A stretch of 64,000 nucleotides of DNA. Origin: Eledone cirrhosa (taxonomy: Eukaryota). The DNA is taken from positions 139,624,001-139,688,000 of the forward strand of contig OZ024740.1 of assembly GCA_964016885.1 (NCBI GenBank), in the 5' to 3' direction. Below the pieces are notes generated by a model. The model did not search any database. It was not told the origin of the DNA and saw only the letters and a program-made list of their open reading frames with translations. Position 1 is the first letter of the stretch, and the number at the start of each line of letters is the position of its first letter. Shown here in pieces: positions 12,960 to 26,637 of this stretch. The position numbers were made by a program, and so were the translations under genes.

Positions 12960-13680
12960 TATGTAGTTCTGTTGTCGTGGTCGTGATGGTGGTGCTGCTG
13001 TGATAGTGGTGGTGGTGCTGTAGTGGTGGTGGTGGTGCAGTAGTTGTGATGGTGCTGCTGCTGCTGTAGTCGTGGTGATGATAGCAGTTATGATGGTGGT
13101 GCTGCTGTGATAGTGGTGGTGGTGGTGGTGGTGCAGTAGTTGTGGTGCTGCTGCTGCTGCTGCTGTAGTCGTGGTGATGATAGCAGTTATAATGGTGGTG
13201 CTGCTGTGATAGGGGTGGTGGTGCTGTAGTGGTGGTGGTGTGGGTGGTGGTGCTGCTGCTGCTGCTGCTGCTGTAGTCGTGGTGATGATAGCAGTTATGA
13301 TGGTTGTGTTGCTGTGATAGTGGTGGTGGGGCTGCTGCAAACGTGGTGATGATAGCAGTGATGGTGGTGTTGTTGTTGGTGGTGGCGGCGGCGGTGCTGC
13401 AAACGTGGTGCTGATAGCAGTGATGGTGGTGTTGTTGTTGTTGGTGGCGGTGGCGGTGCTGCAAACGTGGTGCTGATAGCAGTGATGGTGGTGTTGTTGT
13501 TGTTGGTGGCGGCGGCGGTGCTGCAAACGTGGTGCTGATAGCAGTGATGGTGGTGTTGTGGTTGTTGGTGGCGGCGGCGGTGCTGCAAACGTGGTGCTGA
13601 TAGCAGTGATGGTGGTGTTGTGGTTGTTGGTGGCGGCGGCGGTGCTGCGATGGTGGTGGTGAGGGTGGTATTGCAATGAT
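12960..13680 (+). repeat. Compound GGT/GCT/GTT minisatellite with 57-63-bp units
   Basis: gctgcaaacgtggtgctgatagcagtgatggtgg... repeats about 5 times and tgtagtcgtggtgatgatagcagtta 3 times. Confidence 0.85.
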
Positions 13681-13816
13681 AGTTGTAGTGGTGGTGGCGG
13701 TGCTTCTGCTACTACTGCTGCTGGTCCTACTGTAATAAACTTAGTGGTGCTGTAGTAGAGTAGTGGTGGTCATGGTGGTATTTCTCAGTGACAACTATTT
13801 GATATTATTACCATAG

Positions 13817-14001
13817 TGGATTGGCACTATCGGTAGAGGGTCGGACGCCATGCTTTCCAGCATAGTTACGTCCCTTTACAGTCTGAGTTCAAATCCCGCC
13901 GAGGTTGACTTTGCCTTTCATCCTTACGGGGTCGATAAAATAAAGTACCAGTAATGCACTGGGTAATTGCTGGCCTTGTGCCTAAAGTAGAAACAATTAT
14001 T
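13817..14001 (+). mobile_element. Full-length tRNA-derived SINE with a Nin/Deu-like central domain
   Basis: A-box-like tggcactatcggt, B-box gagttcaaatccc, central gcctttcatccttacggggtcgataaaat, tail gtagaaacaattatt. Confidence 0.85.
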
Positions 14002-14113
14002 ACCGTAGTTTCCGCAGATAATACTATAGTTTCGTGTAATATCAGCGAAACATCGAAGTAAACAGTCACTCATAATAACAAGTATTACATGTATGTGTGG
14101 GGGGGGGGTCTTA

Positions 14114-14185
<72 letters not shown>

Positions 14186-14284
14186 GTGTGTGTGTCTTAA
14201 TGTGTGTGTGTTAGTGTGCGCACGCTTACCTCTCTGGCTTCTACTGACGTCACGTACCGGCGTAACCGGCGAAATAAATAACTA

Positions 14285-14333
14285 TGTTGATGGTGGTGGT
14301 TGTGGTGATGGTGATGGTGGCGGTAGTGGTGAT

Positions 14334-14364
<31 letters not shown>

Positions 14365-15233
14365 GTAGTGGTGATGTTGGTGGTGGTGGTGGTGGTGTTG
14401 ATGCCGGTGTTGGTGTTGGTGCCGGTGGCGGTTGTTGTTGTTGATGTTGTTGTTGTTGTGGTGGTGGTGGTGTTGGTGCCGGTGGCGGTTGTTGTTATGG
14501 TGGTGGTGGTAGTAGTGGTGGTGGTGGTTTTAGTGGTTGTTGTTGTGATGGTGGTGTGGGTGGTGGTAGTGGCGGCTGTTGTTTTTGTTGTTGTTGTTGT
14601 CGTGGTGGTGGTGGTGGTGGTGGTGGCTGTTGTTTTTGTTGTTTTTGTTGTTGTTGTTGTTGTTGTTGTGGTTGTGGTGGTGGTGGTGGTGGTGGTGGTG
14701 GTGGTGGTGGCTGTTGTTTTTGTTGTTTTTGTTGTTGTTGTTGTTGTTGTTGTGGTTGTGGTGGTGGTGGTGGTGGCGGTGGCTGTTGTTTTTGTTGTTT
14801 TTGTTGTTGTTGGTGGTGTTATTGTTGTGGTGGTGGTGGTGGTGGCTGTTGTTTTTGTTGTTTTTGTTGTTGTTGTTGTTGGTGCTGTTGTGGTGGTGGT
14901 GGTGGTGGCTGTTGTTTTTGTTGCTGTTGTTGCTGTTGTGGTGGTGGTGGTGGCTGTTGTTTTTGTTGTTTTTGTTGCCGGTGTTGTTGTTGTTGTTGTG
15001 GTGGTGGTGGTGGTGGTGGCTGTTGTTTTTGTTGCTGTTGTTGCTGTTGTGGTGGTGGTGGTGGCTGTTGTTTTTGTTGTTTTTGTTGCTGGTGGTGGTG
15101 GTGGTGGTGGTGGTGGTGGTGGCTGTTGTTTTTGTTGTTGTTGTTGTGGTGGTGGTGTTGACGGTATGTGGCATGAGAGAGTGTGTACCTATTAAGTTAG
15201 CTGATGTTAAACGGTAAAGAAACAACAGTGATG

Positions 15234-15285
<52 letters not shown>

Positions 15286-15287
15286 TG

Positions 15288-15329
<42 letters not shown>

Positions 15330-15720
15330 TTCTTGGCAGTCGTGGTGTTGTTTATTGCAGTGGTAATGCTGTTGCCAGTGGTAGTATTGGTCACAGTGGT
15401 GGTGGTGGTGGTGGTGGAGATGGTGGAGTGGTGGTGGTGATAGTTGTAGTTGAGGTGACAGTGGTGGTGTTGTTATTGGTGGTAATGGTGGTGGTAGTGA
15501 TAGTAGTGGCTGTGGTGATAGTGGTGGTGGTGATAGTGGTGGTGGTGATAGTGGTGGTGGTGATAGTGGTGGTGGTAGTGGTGGTGGTGGTAGTGGTGGT
15601 GGTGGTAGTGGTGGTGGTAGTGGTGGTGGTGGTAGTGGTGGTGGTAGTGGTGGTGGTAGTGGTGGTTGTAGTGATAGTAGTGGTGGTGGTGATAGTATGG
15701 ATGGTAGTGGGGTAGGTGGC
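14285..15720 (+). repeat. Compound (GGT)/(GTT)/(GTA)n array with higher-order units
   Basis: Read directly. Confidence 0.95.
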
Positions 15721-15971
15721 GGCGACGGGGTGTGAGATGGTACTGCCATGCTAACGTATTTACTGTACAGTAATATGGCTGTAGTGTCGCAGAAGAAAGG
15801 TTCTAAATTTAGTAGCAGGGACGACAGGGTGTTGTAGGTGCGGAGAGGGGTTAGATAACTGCGCCGAGTTCTACAAGCACTCATGCACGTAAATACGCAC
15901 ACACATACATGTATACATGCATATACATAAATGCATGTATACATACATATGTGCATACAACATACAAACAT

Positions 15972-16005
<34 letters not shown>

Positions 16006-16173
16006 GTATATGCCTGTGTGTGTATACTTATATATATACATGCATGCGTACATACATATGTGCATGCTCACACACATGTGTGTGTGTAAAAAAATAAAGA
16101 GAAATAACAAAGCAAACGACACAGTACAATGGAGAAATGTATTAGTTTAAAGCTTGTAATAATAGGAAAAGCG

Positions 16174-16209
16174 TCTTAACGTTTCGTACACTAATTCTTC
16201 ATCAGAAGA
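16174..16209 (-). ncRNA. Minimal hammerhead of the (TG)n-adjacent family (element about 16085-16270)
   Basis: Reverse complement: TCTT-CTGATGA-agaattagtgtac-GAAA-CG-TT^-AAGA. Stem II is decayed relative to the 63173 copy. Confidence 0.55.
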
Positions 16210-16384
16210 TAGAATAAGAAATAAAAGATGAAATAGAAAGATAGAGGGTGGGAAGAGGAAGGAAGAGCAAAAAAGAAGATGAGGAAGAAATACACGTGCG
16301 TATTCAGTTGGAGAGATGCCGGCAAACATACATACATTCATATACACACACACTCACTCACACACATACACACACACACACACA

Positions 16385-16443
<59 letters not shown>

Positions 16444-16827
16444 AGAAAAAAGAGAATCAGTGTTGCCACGAATGGAATTTATTGGACATATTACAATCGT
16501 TTCTCTGGCGACCAGCTCGAGGCACGATCGATGTGATGATCGAACCTAATTCTGAAAATCGCAAGGTCCTTAGATACGTCTTGATTCTACGAAACAGATT
16601 TTCCTAATACTCTGCTCTATGAGAGCATTGAGTGCTCAAACGGCCTACCGCATACGGACGCTTTAAGCATCCAACACCAATTATATATATATATACTGTA
16701 TATATATTTCACTTCCTGTTCGCATTGTATTCTACGACTACCAGCATGCATCAACCAGCACGTACAATCTGTGACTTCTCTCTTCTTATATATACCACAA
16801 TATCAACGGTAGCTGCTCCTCTCAAAT

Positions 16828-17272
16828 AATTGTTTCTACTTTAAGCACAAGGCCAGCAATTTGAAGCGGAGGGGAAAGTCGATTAAATCGACCCCAGTCC
16901 TTACTGGTGCTTTATTTTATCGACTCCGTAAGGACGTAAGGCAAAGTTAACCTCGGCGATATTTGAACTCAGATAGCAAAGAGCCGTAACTCTGCCACGA
17001 AGCATGATGTCCGACGCTCTACATATGCTGCCAATCCACCGCCCTAAATAATGCTTTCTAGTATAGGCAAAAGGCTAGTATTTTTTTTTGGGGGGGGGAG
17101 AAGTCGATTAAATCGACCCTAGTACGTTACTGGTGCTTTATTTTATCGACCCCGTAAGGATGAAAGACAAAGTTAACCTCGGTGGGATTTTAATTAAGAA
17201 GGTAAAGAGCCGTAACTCTATACTGCAAAGCATGATGTCCGACTCTCTACCGATACTGCCAATCCACCGCCC
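16828..17272 (-). mobile_element. Two tandem Nin/Deu-domain SINE copies
   Basis: ttatcgac..gtaagga..aaggcaaagttaacctcggc...gccaatccaccgccc occurs twice. Confidence 0.8.
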
Positions 17273-17656
17273 TCACTGCCCTAAATAATACAAAGCGTAT
17301 CACATCCACCCATTGTTCAATCAATGTAGCACTTGTCGATCTTCCTACACACTATCTCATCGTTTTCATCAATCAGACTAAACCCCTTCACAAAACTGGA
17401 ACTTTCTAGAACTCTTTATCTACAGCTATTTTCTGTACATCATGTTATTCCGGCATCTTGCATTCTGAGTACAAATCCTACTGAGACTCACTTTACCTTT
17501 TACAGTTCAAGTAATAATAAGTGAAATTCTTTTTCTGTTATTGCTAAAAGAACTCATTTATTCATTCATAAAATAAAACGTGTTACAAACAGGATTTCCA
17601 TGACATGTGGTGAAGAACCAATATGTAGGGGTGAGACAAGACGTTTATACAATATA

Positions 17657-17760
17657 TAGGGTGACCCCATAAAATGTATACACACACTTCAACAGCATTC
17701 TAATAAATACTGCCTGTTCAGGTAATCAAAGTGTGTATACACTTTTGGGGGAACACCCTG
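17657..17760. mobile_element. Tc1/mariner-type MITE
   Basis: TIRs (c/t)agggtg.cccc..aaaatgtatacac and gtgtatacacttttgggggaacaccctg, with TA on both sides. Confidence 0.7.
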
Positions 17761-18328
17761 TATACACACACACACTGAAGATCCGTAATTTGACTACTTT
17801 GAGTTTACGGATTAATGGTGAAATATATTTCCTTAATGAAATATATACAAGGAAGATTAATTATTTTAAAAGGTATCTATATTTGAAGTTCTAGATAAAA
17901 TTTAATTAGTTACCTACCTAGCTGTGTGTGCTTACACACTTTACAAATTATCCCCTGTGATTGTTTCATGTTTATCATTATCTATAAAAGGCAGATTGTT
18001 GTTGTGTGTGTGCATGTTCCATGTTTATACATTTGCACAATTTCAAACCGATTCGACTCAAAGTCTGTAAGATTGTTGTGAATGGTCTAACTTAGGTCAA
18101 CAACTATTTCTTTCAAACTCACCCACAAATACGGAAATAATCAATAAAACTAAATACATGACGCTTTACACCTCTAATACCATCTGATTAACTCTCTCTA
18201 CTCCCCTTAAAATTCGATAAGACTACATACATGCTGCAACTTTCTCTTATATACGCTTAAACTTACAAACTTCCTTTAGGAACGCCGAAGAAAGAAGAGA
18301 GAAAGAAATGAAGGAGAGAGAGAGAAGA

Positions 18329-18421
<93 letters not shown>

Positions 18422-18981
18422 CGTTTGCTTTTGAGAGTGTGGAACCGTCAAACATTTATTTACTTCAATGACAACGAAGAGAACTTATTACATTTCATAC
18501 AAAACAACAATTATTCAAAAGCAACAGATAAATTTATTCAACAACAAAAATAGCGATAAATCTTTTTTAGAACATCTCTCAACAAACGTGGAAGAAAGAA
18601 GTATCAGTTTATATACACAATAATATCCTCTTTGAAGTCACTAAACCTGCTAGAAACAGCAACTAACTCTCCCCCATATCACACCCCTCCCTACTCTCTT
18701 AAATTTAGAAAACACACATTAGACAACCATCCAGAACAACTCCATCGCAGCTCTGTTGTTCGGCTGGCATCGTCTACGCGCGTGTTGCGCAAGTACTGTG
18801 AGACAATAAATTTCAACACTTCTTTGCACAGAGATAATATCCAAAGCGAAACTACAATTGTCACTGCTGGCGCAGCTCCTGCTTCGGCAGTCCAAGTCTG
18901 CAATCCATTCACCCAGTGCCTGGCAGACAAAAAGTAGTGCCATAAAATGGGTGGTGCAACCTAACTTTGGTAACTTACTGA

Positions 18982-19011
18982 CCCCGAGCAACGCCGGGCT
19001 TTAATGCTAGT
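18982..19011 (+). mobile_element. Helitron-like 3' terminus
   Basis: GC-rich hairpin cccgagcaacgccggg followed within about 8 nt by CTAG and then T. The 5' end was not located. Confidence 0.6.
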
Positions 19012-19340
19012 TTTAGATAATAATATGTGTCAATTAATTTGTAGTTGATATATATATATATACAGGTACTCTTCGGCTTACGGCGGTTTTTCTTAATATC
19101 ATATGGTAAAAATAATCGTCTTAAGTCGATTGACTCAACTTTACGTCGGTCTGCCAAAATATTAAAGCATAAAAAACACGAAAAAAACGTATAAAATCAC
19201 ATTTCAATAAAAGATAAAATATACAGGATAAAATGATTTACAATCATTTATAGGGGGTTCATTCGACATTTGTCGTTTTCGATTTAAGTCTGATATCTGG
19301 AATCAATTAACGGCGTAATGTGAGGTATATATGTATATAT

Positions 19341-19545
19341 GAAAATGTTTGACCCTCGACGGCAGAGCTCAAGCCGTTTCGACGGCTATTTCTGGACCCG
19401 AAATTTGCGTCCAGAAATAGCCATCGAAATGGCTTGAGCTCTGCCGTCGGAGTCAAACATTTACCTGCTACCCACTCTACTACACAAGGTATTGAGTACT
19501 CTGGTGCGCTATGGTCTATCTGGTTTCTTACCACACTTCCTTCGT

Positions 19546-19546
<1 letters not shown>
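19341..19546 (+). mobile_element. Half-hammerhead palindrome family copy
   Basis: Palindrome about 19343-19462, then a unique tail ending ttccttcgt(TA)n. Confidence 0.85.
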
Positions 19547-19577
<31 letters not shown>

Positions 19578-19578
<1 letters not shown>

Positions 19579-19725
19579 TAGGATATGGTAAAAAAAAACA
19601 GGTGGACCATAACCCACCAGAGTACTCGATCCTTGGGGTAGCAGAGTGGGTAATATGAAAAGATTCTGTGTTCGGATCTAGCTGTCGAAACGGCCGGAGC
19701 TCAGCCGTCGGGGTCCTGAATATTT
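19578..19725 (-). mobile_element. Diverged copy of the same family
   Basis: ggtggaccataacccaccagagtactcga...gtcgaaacggccggagctcagccgtcggggtc. Confidence 0.65.
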
Positions 19726-19796
19726 TCATATATATATATATATATGTGTGTATGTATGTATGTATGTATGTATGTATGTATGTATGTATGTATGTA

Positions 19797-19884
<88 letters not shown>

Positions 19885-20199
19885 ATGTATTTGTATGTTA
19901 AGTGTTAAACAACTTTAACTATGGAACGAAATCAAAGAATAATCGAAATCTAATATAATGAAAGAATGTTATGAAGAGCTATAAATTGATGCATCAAAAT
20001 AGAATACAGCCCAACACCAATTAAAGTGTGTGTGCGCCCACACATACATACATACATACATACATACATACATACATACATACATACATACATACATACA
20101 TACATACATACATACATACATACATACATACATACACAGATACACACATACACAGATACACACATACAGACATACATACATTTATACAAACACACACAT

Positions 20200-22260
20200 A
20201 TGGCTACAGTCTGGCTGGACTCGAGCAAAGTATTTGATTCCCCCACTCTTGGGTGATAGAGGCCCTCCGTCTTGGTAAAGTCCCAGACACTATTATCAGA
20301 GCCATAGAGAACCTATCTTCTTCTTGGGCTAGTATCCTAAAGTTAAAAATAGAGAAGGAAGTCTCTATTTTCATTGATAAAATAGAACATAACAGGAGTA
20401 TATTTCAAGGAGACAGTCTCTCTCTGTGCTACTATTTATTGTATCATTAAACCTCTTGTTCTTTCAAGAAATATGAAAGATACATACTTAGCTCACAAGA
20501 GAAGAGAAATATGAACCTAACCCGTAATTTCTTTGTGGATAACCTGAAACTCTATGCCAAGAACATAAATGGGATGAAGAAAATTGTCGACCTGGTTACG
20601 TTATTCTCAAAGGATATAGGAATGGAGTTTGCCCAGGATAAATGTTCATATATGATTGTAAAACAGGAAGAAACTACAAGCCAATCTAGCAACATTTATA
20701 TCAATGGCCTAACTGTTTCAACGATATCTGAGGAGGACTGCTACAGATACCTAAGGGATAGATGAAAATATATCCTATGTTGGTATCTGTACCAAGGAAC
20801 GCGTAACCAGGTAATATTAAATTCGATTAAGAAAAATATGGCAATCTGAAATCTCTGCGCACAAAAAAACATTGGCTCACAATGTATTTGTTGTTCCTGT
20901 CCTAAAAGCAACGTTTGGAATATTCGATTGGACAATAGAAGAAATCCGAGCAATTAATGTTAAAACCCAAAAATGTCTAAACACCGGAAACTTCCACATC
21001 AACAGTGACATAGACCGCCTCTACTTAAAACGTAAGCAGGGAGGCAGAGGCCTAACATCAGTCCAGACAGCATCATATCCTGCGATAACATTTACGAACC
21101 TCCAAGTGTAGGAGTCCATCTATTGAGCAAGTCTATTTGCATGAAACAGATAAGATCATGAGAGTTTGGAAGGAACTCCTTGAAAGATACTCACTGCATG
21201 ATAATCGAAACCTCACACCCAGGGACATTGCCCAGCCATACCGCAGGGAATCAATGAATGAAAAACTGCTTGCTTATCAGCAAAAGATCATGCATGGATA
21301 TGTTGCCAGGAAACTCCAGAATTAGAGTAATATGGATTGGACTAACAACCGAGAGCTATATTGGCTCCCACTTTAAAGGATATGCTTTTGCAATCCAAGA
21401 ACAGGAAATCAACACAAAATACCTGATTCAGAAAAGAGATAGGGATGCAGGCAAAACACCTAGATGTGACAACAAATGCAGACTCTGCAGAATTAACATC
21501 GAATATGTCACCCATGTCGTAAGCAGATGTCCAAAGATGTCATCACGGTACTATCTACCTATGAGGCATGATGTAGTGGCCAAAACACTGTACAATGCAA
21601 TCGGTAGAAAATATAGCCCCACAATAAACATATCAAAAGTTACAGCAATGTGGAAGACATAATATGAAAGAGTGCTGGTGGAATGTTCCAGTCAAAACGC
21701 CAATTAAATGCAAGTATAACAGACCAGATATAATGATTTGGGATAGGGAAAAGAAGACATGCAGAGTAGTAGAAGTTAGCTGCCCAGCAGATGCCAATAT
21801 AATATTAAAGATTAGCGAAAGGGAGAATATTTATGCAGAACTAATGAGAAATCTGCAGATACTCCACCCTGACCGTACATTCAGATTTAGGCCTGTAATT
21901 ATTGGGGCACTGGGATATGTTAGTAACTGCCTCAGTCCAAACCTTGAAAAGCTGGAATTCATAGAACCAGAAAGAACTCGACGAGTTAGGGTTTTACAAG
22001 TACAACAGTAAAAATATGTAAAACATTTCAAAAATTTTACATGTAATAACTGCATGTACATATGTACAGTTACAAAACATATACACATGCACACATACAA
22101 TAACATCCATACCAGCACACATATGCATGCATGCAGACATTCATACATATCTACCTAGTTAATGTTGTCTAAATTCTGATGAAAGAGACTTATGTCTATG
22201 TTAGAAGCCGACTCTCCCTCTATTGGTAAAGATTTATAAAATTATAACGCCAGAAGAACA
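20200..22260 (+). mobile_element. 5'-truncated, frameshifted R4/Dong-type LINE (RT + CCHC + RLE endonuclease) in (CATA)n
   Basis: IFQGDSLS, FFVDNLKLY, GMEF..DKC, RLYLKRKQGGRGL, AIQEQEINT, CRLC...VTHVVSRC, RHD, NRPDIMIWD..VEVSCP, PVIIGALG. The 3' end is ccagaagaa|catacatac. Confidence 0.92.
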
Positions 22261-22383
22261 TACATACATTCATACATACATACATACACATATATATATA
22301 TCGCATATACATATATATATATAAATACATTTATATCCATACATATTTACATGTATATATATATATATATATATGCATACATG

Positions 22384-22430
<47 letters not shown>

Positions 22431-22539
22431 GTATACTTCTTTCCAGATTCCCACAGCCATTCATGTTGGAAACAAAGAAAAGAACCTGCAAATCAGGAGT
22501 GAACTGTAACTTTAGATCACACATCCTTTCTCCCCCCTC

Positions 22540-22588
<49 letters not shown>

Positions 22589-22879
22589 CCTCTCTCTCTC
22601 TCTCTCTCTTTCTCTTTCTATCTATCTATCTATCTATCTATCTATAACTATCTACGTTACATTGTGATTTGTAATCCAACTCCTACATAACAACGCAACA
22701 CTGGAGGAAATAATAGAAAGAACATTCCACTATTTGGCAGCACACCTTATTGTATGTCTCTCTATTGATGTGTCTCTCCCTTTCTCTTACTCTCTGTATT
22801 TCTCTCTTTCCCTCTCTCTCTCTCACATACGTACACACACACACACACACACACATACGCACATACGCACACACAAACA

Positions 22880-23227
22880 CACACACCATACAACAGCACA
22901 CTTATCTCTCTCTCTCTATCTATCTATCTTTTATACTCCACAGCAGCACACCCTGTTGTCTCTTTTACTCTATATAACAGCACCTCTTTCTCTGTTACAC
23001 TATATAACATCACAATTAACGCTCGCTCTCTCTGTCTCCCCCACTCTCTCTCGCTCCCTCTTTCTCTTTTTCTATCTCTCTCTTTATCGATCTATCTCTT
23101 TCTCTCTCTCTCTCTATCTCTTTATCGCCCTATTTATATAGAGAAATATATATATATATATTTATTTATCTTTATATATATATTTATATATATATATATA
23201 TATATATATACATCGTCATATATATGC

Positions 23228-23272
<45 letters not shown>

Positions 23273-23520
23273 TACACTATACAATAGCTCACCCTGTTGT
23301 TTCTTTTACACTATATAACAGCACGCCTTTCTCTAATACATTATTTAACATCACACCTTACTTTCTCTCTCTCTTACACTATACAACAGCACGCCCTACT
23401 GTCTCTCTTACACAATATAACAGCACGCCTTCTCTCTTACACTATACAGCAGCACGCCTTACTGTCTTTCTTACACTATACAACAGCCCACCTTGCCGTC
23501 TCTCTTACAGTATACAATAA
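22880..23520 (+). repeat. About 32-bp minisatellite (actatacaacagcacgccctactgtctctcttac), interrupted by CT/TA tracts
   Basis: About 8 diverged units at 23270-23520, with further units near 22890-23010. Confidence 0.75.
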
Positions 23521-23770
23521 CAGAAGTGGACTGGCTATAATGGCATTTGGGAAATGCCCGGTTGGCCGTTGGCGATGTAATGAAAATCAGCTGAAAAATG
23601 TCACGAAACACGAATGTCTTAGATACTGCACAAAATTGAAACGAAAATGGAATGTGTTGTAACTGATAAACATTTCTTTATTTTCTCAGTTAAACAACAT
23701 ACTAATGAACAATGAACCGACCTGTTAAACAACGGGTGTCCGGGATAGTTTATGACCCAGTCTGATTCTG
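23521..23770. mobile_element. hAT-like MITE
   Basis: Ends cagaagtggactgg and ccagtctgattctg. The flanks tacaataa and tacaaaag resemble a decayed 8-bp TSD. Confidence 0.55.
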
Positions 23771-24324
23771 TACAAAAGCACATCTAACTAAACAACGGGG
23801 ATACGTGGTTGTCTTTCTTACACAACATAGCAGCACATATTATTGTCTCTCGTTGTCAATGAAACACGATTTATGTAACAATTTACGTTGTTCTATGTTC
23901 TCATGGCGGAAAATAAAATCTGTGTAGAGAAAAATACGCTTAGAAAAGACAGTACTTGATCACATATATATACAAGTGCATAGTCTTGCATGAATGCACA
24001 ATTGCAGACACGTACACACATCACAGGAAGTACTCACTCACTGCACATAATGGTGGCGACCGTGTTTTGTACCAGCCCGCCTACGTTCGACCAGAATACT
24101 ATGAAGACGAGCAAAGTATTTATATGTAACTAGCAGAAATACAGCTCTTCAGGCAGTTTTCTGCGAGTGGGTGTATATTCGTGGCCACAAGTTAAAGATC
24201 ACACAACAATTTTTAACAAAAATATAGGTAACGTCTTATAAAATGAAAATATCATATAATACTCACATTAAAAGCATTAATTGTACTGAAGAGATGTTTT
24301 CAGGTATCAGTTTCACGATAAAGT

Positions 24325-24700
24325 AGAATTTTATATTACATATTTTGCCTTAATGGCTACTTGAATACGACGATGCATGCTGGAAATAAGTGCCTGGCAA
24401 TATTCCTGTGAAAATTCTCTAATCCATATGTCCACTAAGGCCCTTATACTGGATTCCTTGTTTGCCATCATATTCTTCATGTATTCTCACAAATTTCTAA
24501 TGCGATTGAGGCCTGGGATATTTCCAAGCCATTCTAGTGTTGTGACCTTATCCTTTAAAAGGCATTCTTGCACAATCTTTCCACATCATTGCATATTCAA
24601 ATGTATTTCCAGGTGGTCCTTCAACGCATCTAACTACTTTTAGCTATTCATAATTGTCTAAGGATCAAAGAAATGTTGCCCCAGATCATCTGACTAAGTG
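24325..24700 (-). pseudogene. Tc1-family transposase C-terminal relic
   Basis: The minus strand gives MIWG, LEWLGNIPGLNRIRNL*EYMK (compare WPxxSPDLNPIENLW) and MHRRIQVAIKAK (compare SMPRRxxAVIxAKG). Confidence 0.7.
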
Positions 24701-25129
24701 CGGTGTATTTTTCATCATAACAAGGCCTCCTGATATGATGCTGGATTATGATGATCTTTTTGCCAATTGTTCAAGCATATAAAATTGGCAATAACAATGC
24801 CTTAAAACAAATAGTTTTTAAGCTAGCATTGAACTTTATTATAGATATTTCAGTAATGAGGATTATGCAGTAGATTGGAACTATTTCAAATATTATGCAA
24901 AATGTTTGCTAGAAGATTTAAACTTTTGGCCATGGCTGTATATTGTTTGTGACTGAATAGTGAAATACATTAAAAAAGTGAACATTACATTCTGATGAAC
25001 AGTGTTATGAATTTGTTACGATGTAATTCCATTTCTTACTTGAATCTAATAGGACCGATACGTAATTTCTCACGGTTGTCAAGCAGAAGTGAATAGATAC
25101 GCAGACAATGTACTGTATATATAAATAGA

Positions 25130-25460
25130 TAATTGTTTCTACTTTAGGCACAAGGCCAGCAATTACCCAGTGCATTATTGGTACTTTATTTTATCGACCC
25201 CGTAAGGATGAAAGGCAAAGTTAACCTCGGCGGGATTTGAACTCAGATAATGGTGTCTAATTCGGCCTCAAGACCAGTAATTTCAGGGTGAAGGAATGAG
25301 TCAATTACATCAACCCCAGTATCTGACTGGTAATTAATTATATTGATACACTAAGGGATGAAAGGCAAAGTTCACCTCGGTGGTATTCGAACTCTGAATT
25401 TAAAGAACCAGAAAAAGTATTGCAAAGCATGTTGTTCGACGCTTTAGCAATTCTGCTAAT
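25130..25460 (-). mobile_element. Two Nin/Deu-domain SINE copies (one young and partial, one old)
   Basis: ttatcgaccccgtaaggatgaaaggcaaagttaacctcggcgggatttgaactcag. Confidence 0.8.
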
Positions 25461-25895
25461 CATCAAATTATATAAATCATTTACATAAGTAATAATACAA
25501 ACTTTTATATAAAAAAGAAATTCTAATGCATATCTCAATATGATTGTAATGTTACAAAAATAAAAGAGAATATGCCGTGAAAAATGTCAACGTCTACAAA
25601 AGAGTTACAGAAACTCGACGTTCACACACACACTGTATATAGTGGAATAGAAGCCAAGGACTGTGACCACAACATCGATTGTAAAATAGGAGGTTGGCTT
25701 ATTTATGCCATCTAAATAATGTGTTGTTTAGTTGCCTCGGTTTATAAACGGGGTTTGAATTTTCGCCTATTTCTCAGATATAAACGACTTATATACGAAT
25801 CAACGTATATTCGAGTGAGGGAATATGACACAGCAGAAATAATCAGTGCAGTGATAATGTATGTTAATTTAACGCTTGATATAATAGGAAAAGAG

Positions 25896-26637
25896 TCTTA
25901 ATGGTCGAATCTTTCCACACCAACATGAAGTGGACAGTGCAGTTTAACGGGGGCACCTCGTAGCCCTTCAGCATTCGCAGCAGCGTAAAAAAAAGGCTAC
26001 GTCCTTGCGCCCACATTCTTTGGGATCTTCTGTCCTCTGCTCTTGAGGCATGCAGTCGGCACTGCATTAGAGGGGATCTTCCTACATACCAGATCAGACG
26101 GCAAGCTGTTCAACCTCGCCCGCCTCAGTGTGAGGACAAAGGTACGTAAAATCCCCATTAGAGACATGCTGTTTGCTAATGATGCGGAGGTTGCGACGCA
26201 CTCACAGCAGGAAATCAAGATGCTGATAGACCACTTCCTCCAGGCCTGCAGGGATTTTGGACTGACCCTCAGCATTGGGACAGGACACAGAAGCACCACC
26301 GGTCATCAAAATCGATGACTATGAGCTTGACGTCGTCCATCAGTTCACCTACCTCGGTTCTTCCATCACAGACAACTTCTCCCTGGACACAGAGCTCAAC
26401 AGGGGGATTGGGAAGGCAGCCACAACATTTGCTCATTTCACAACCTGAGTGTGGACAAACCCCAAGCTGGTGGTAAAGACCAAGATTGCTGTGTACAATG
26501 CTTGTGTCATCGGCACACTGCTGTGTGGCAGTGGAACATGGTCCCCATATACCAGAGAGGAGATGCGACTCAATACCTTCCATCTAAGCAGCCTACGCTG
26601 TATCCTGGGTATATCCTGGCCAAACAGAGTGACCATT
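25896..26637 (+). mobile_element. RTE (BovB-like) LINE RT fragment
   Basis: GIFLHTRSDGKLFNLARL..KVRK..IRDMLFANDA, FTYLGS, TKIAVYNACV..LL.GS.TW, LRCILGISW. Confidence 0.9.

Noticed and set aside
11385-15989. Gly/Cys-, Val-, His-, Thr- and Pro-rich ORFs
   Set aside because: They are trinucleotide arrays open in several frames, with no synonymous codon variation, signal peptide or splice support.
22176-22225. CTGATGA in the Dong 3' UTR as a hammerhead
   Set aside because: There is no GAAA, stem II or stem I, and the motif is not conserved in the copies at 39100 and 42600.
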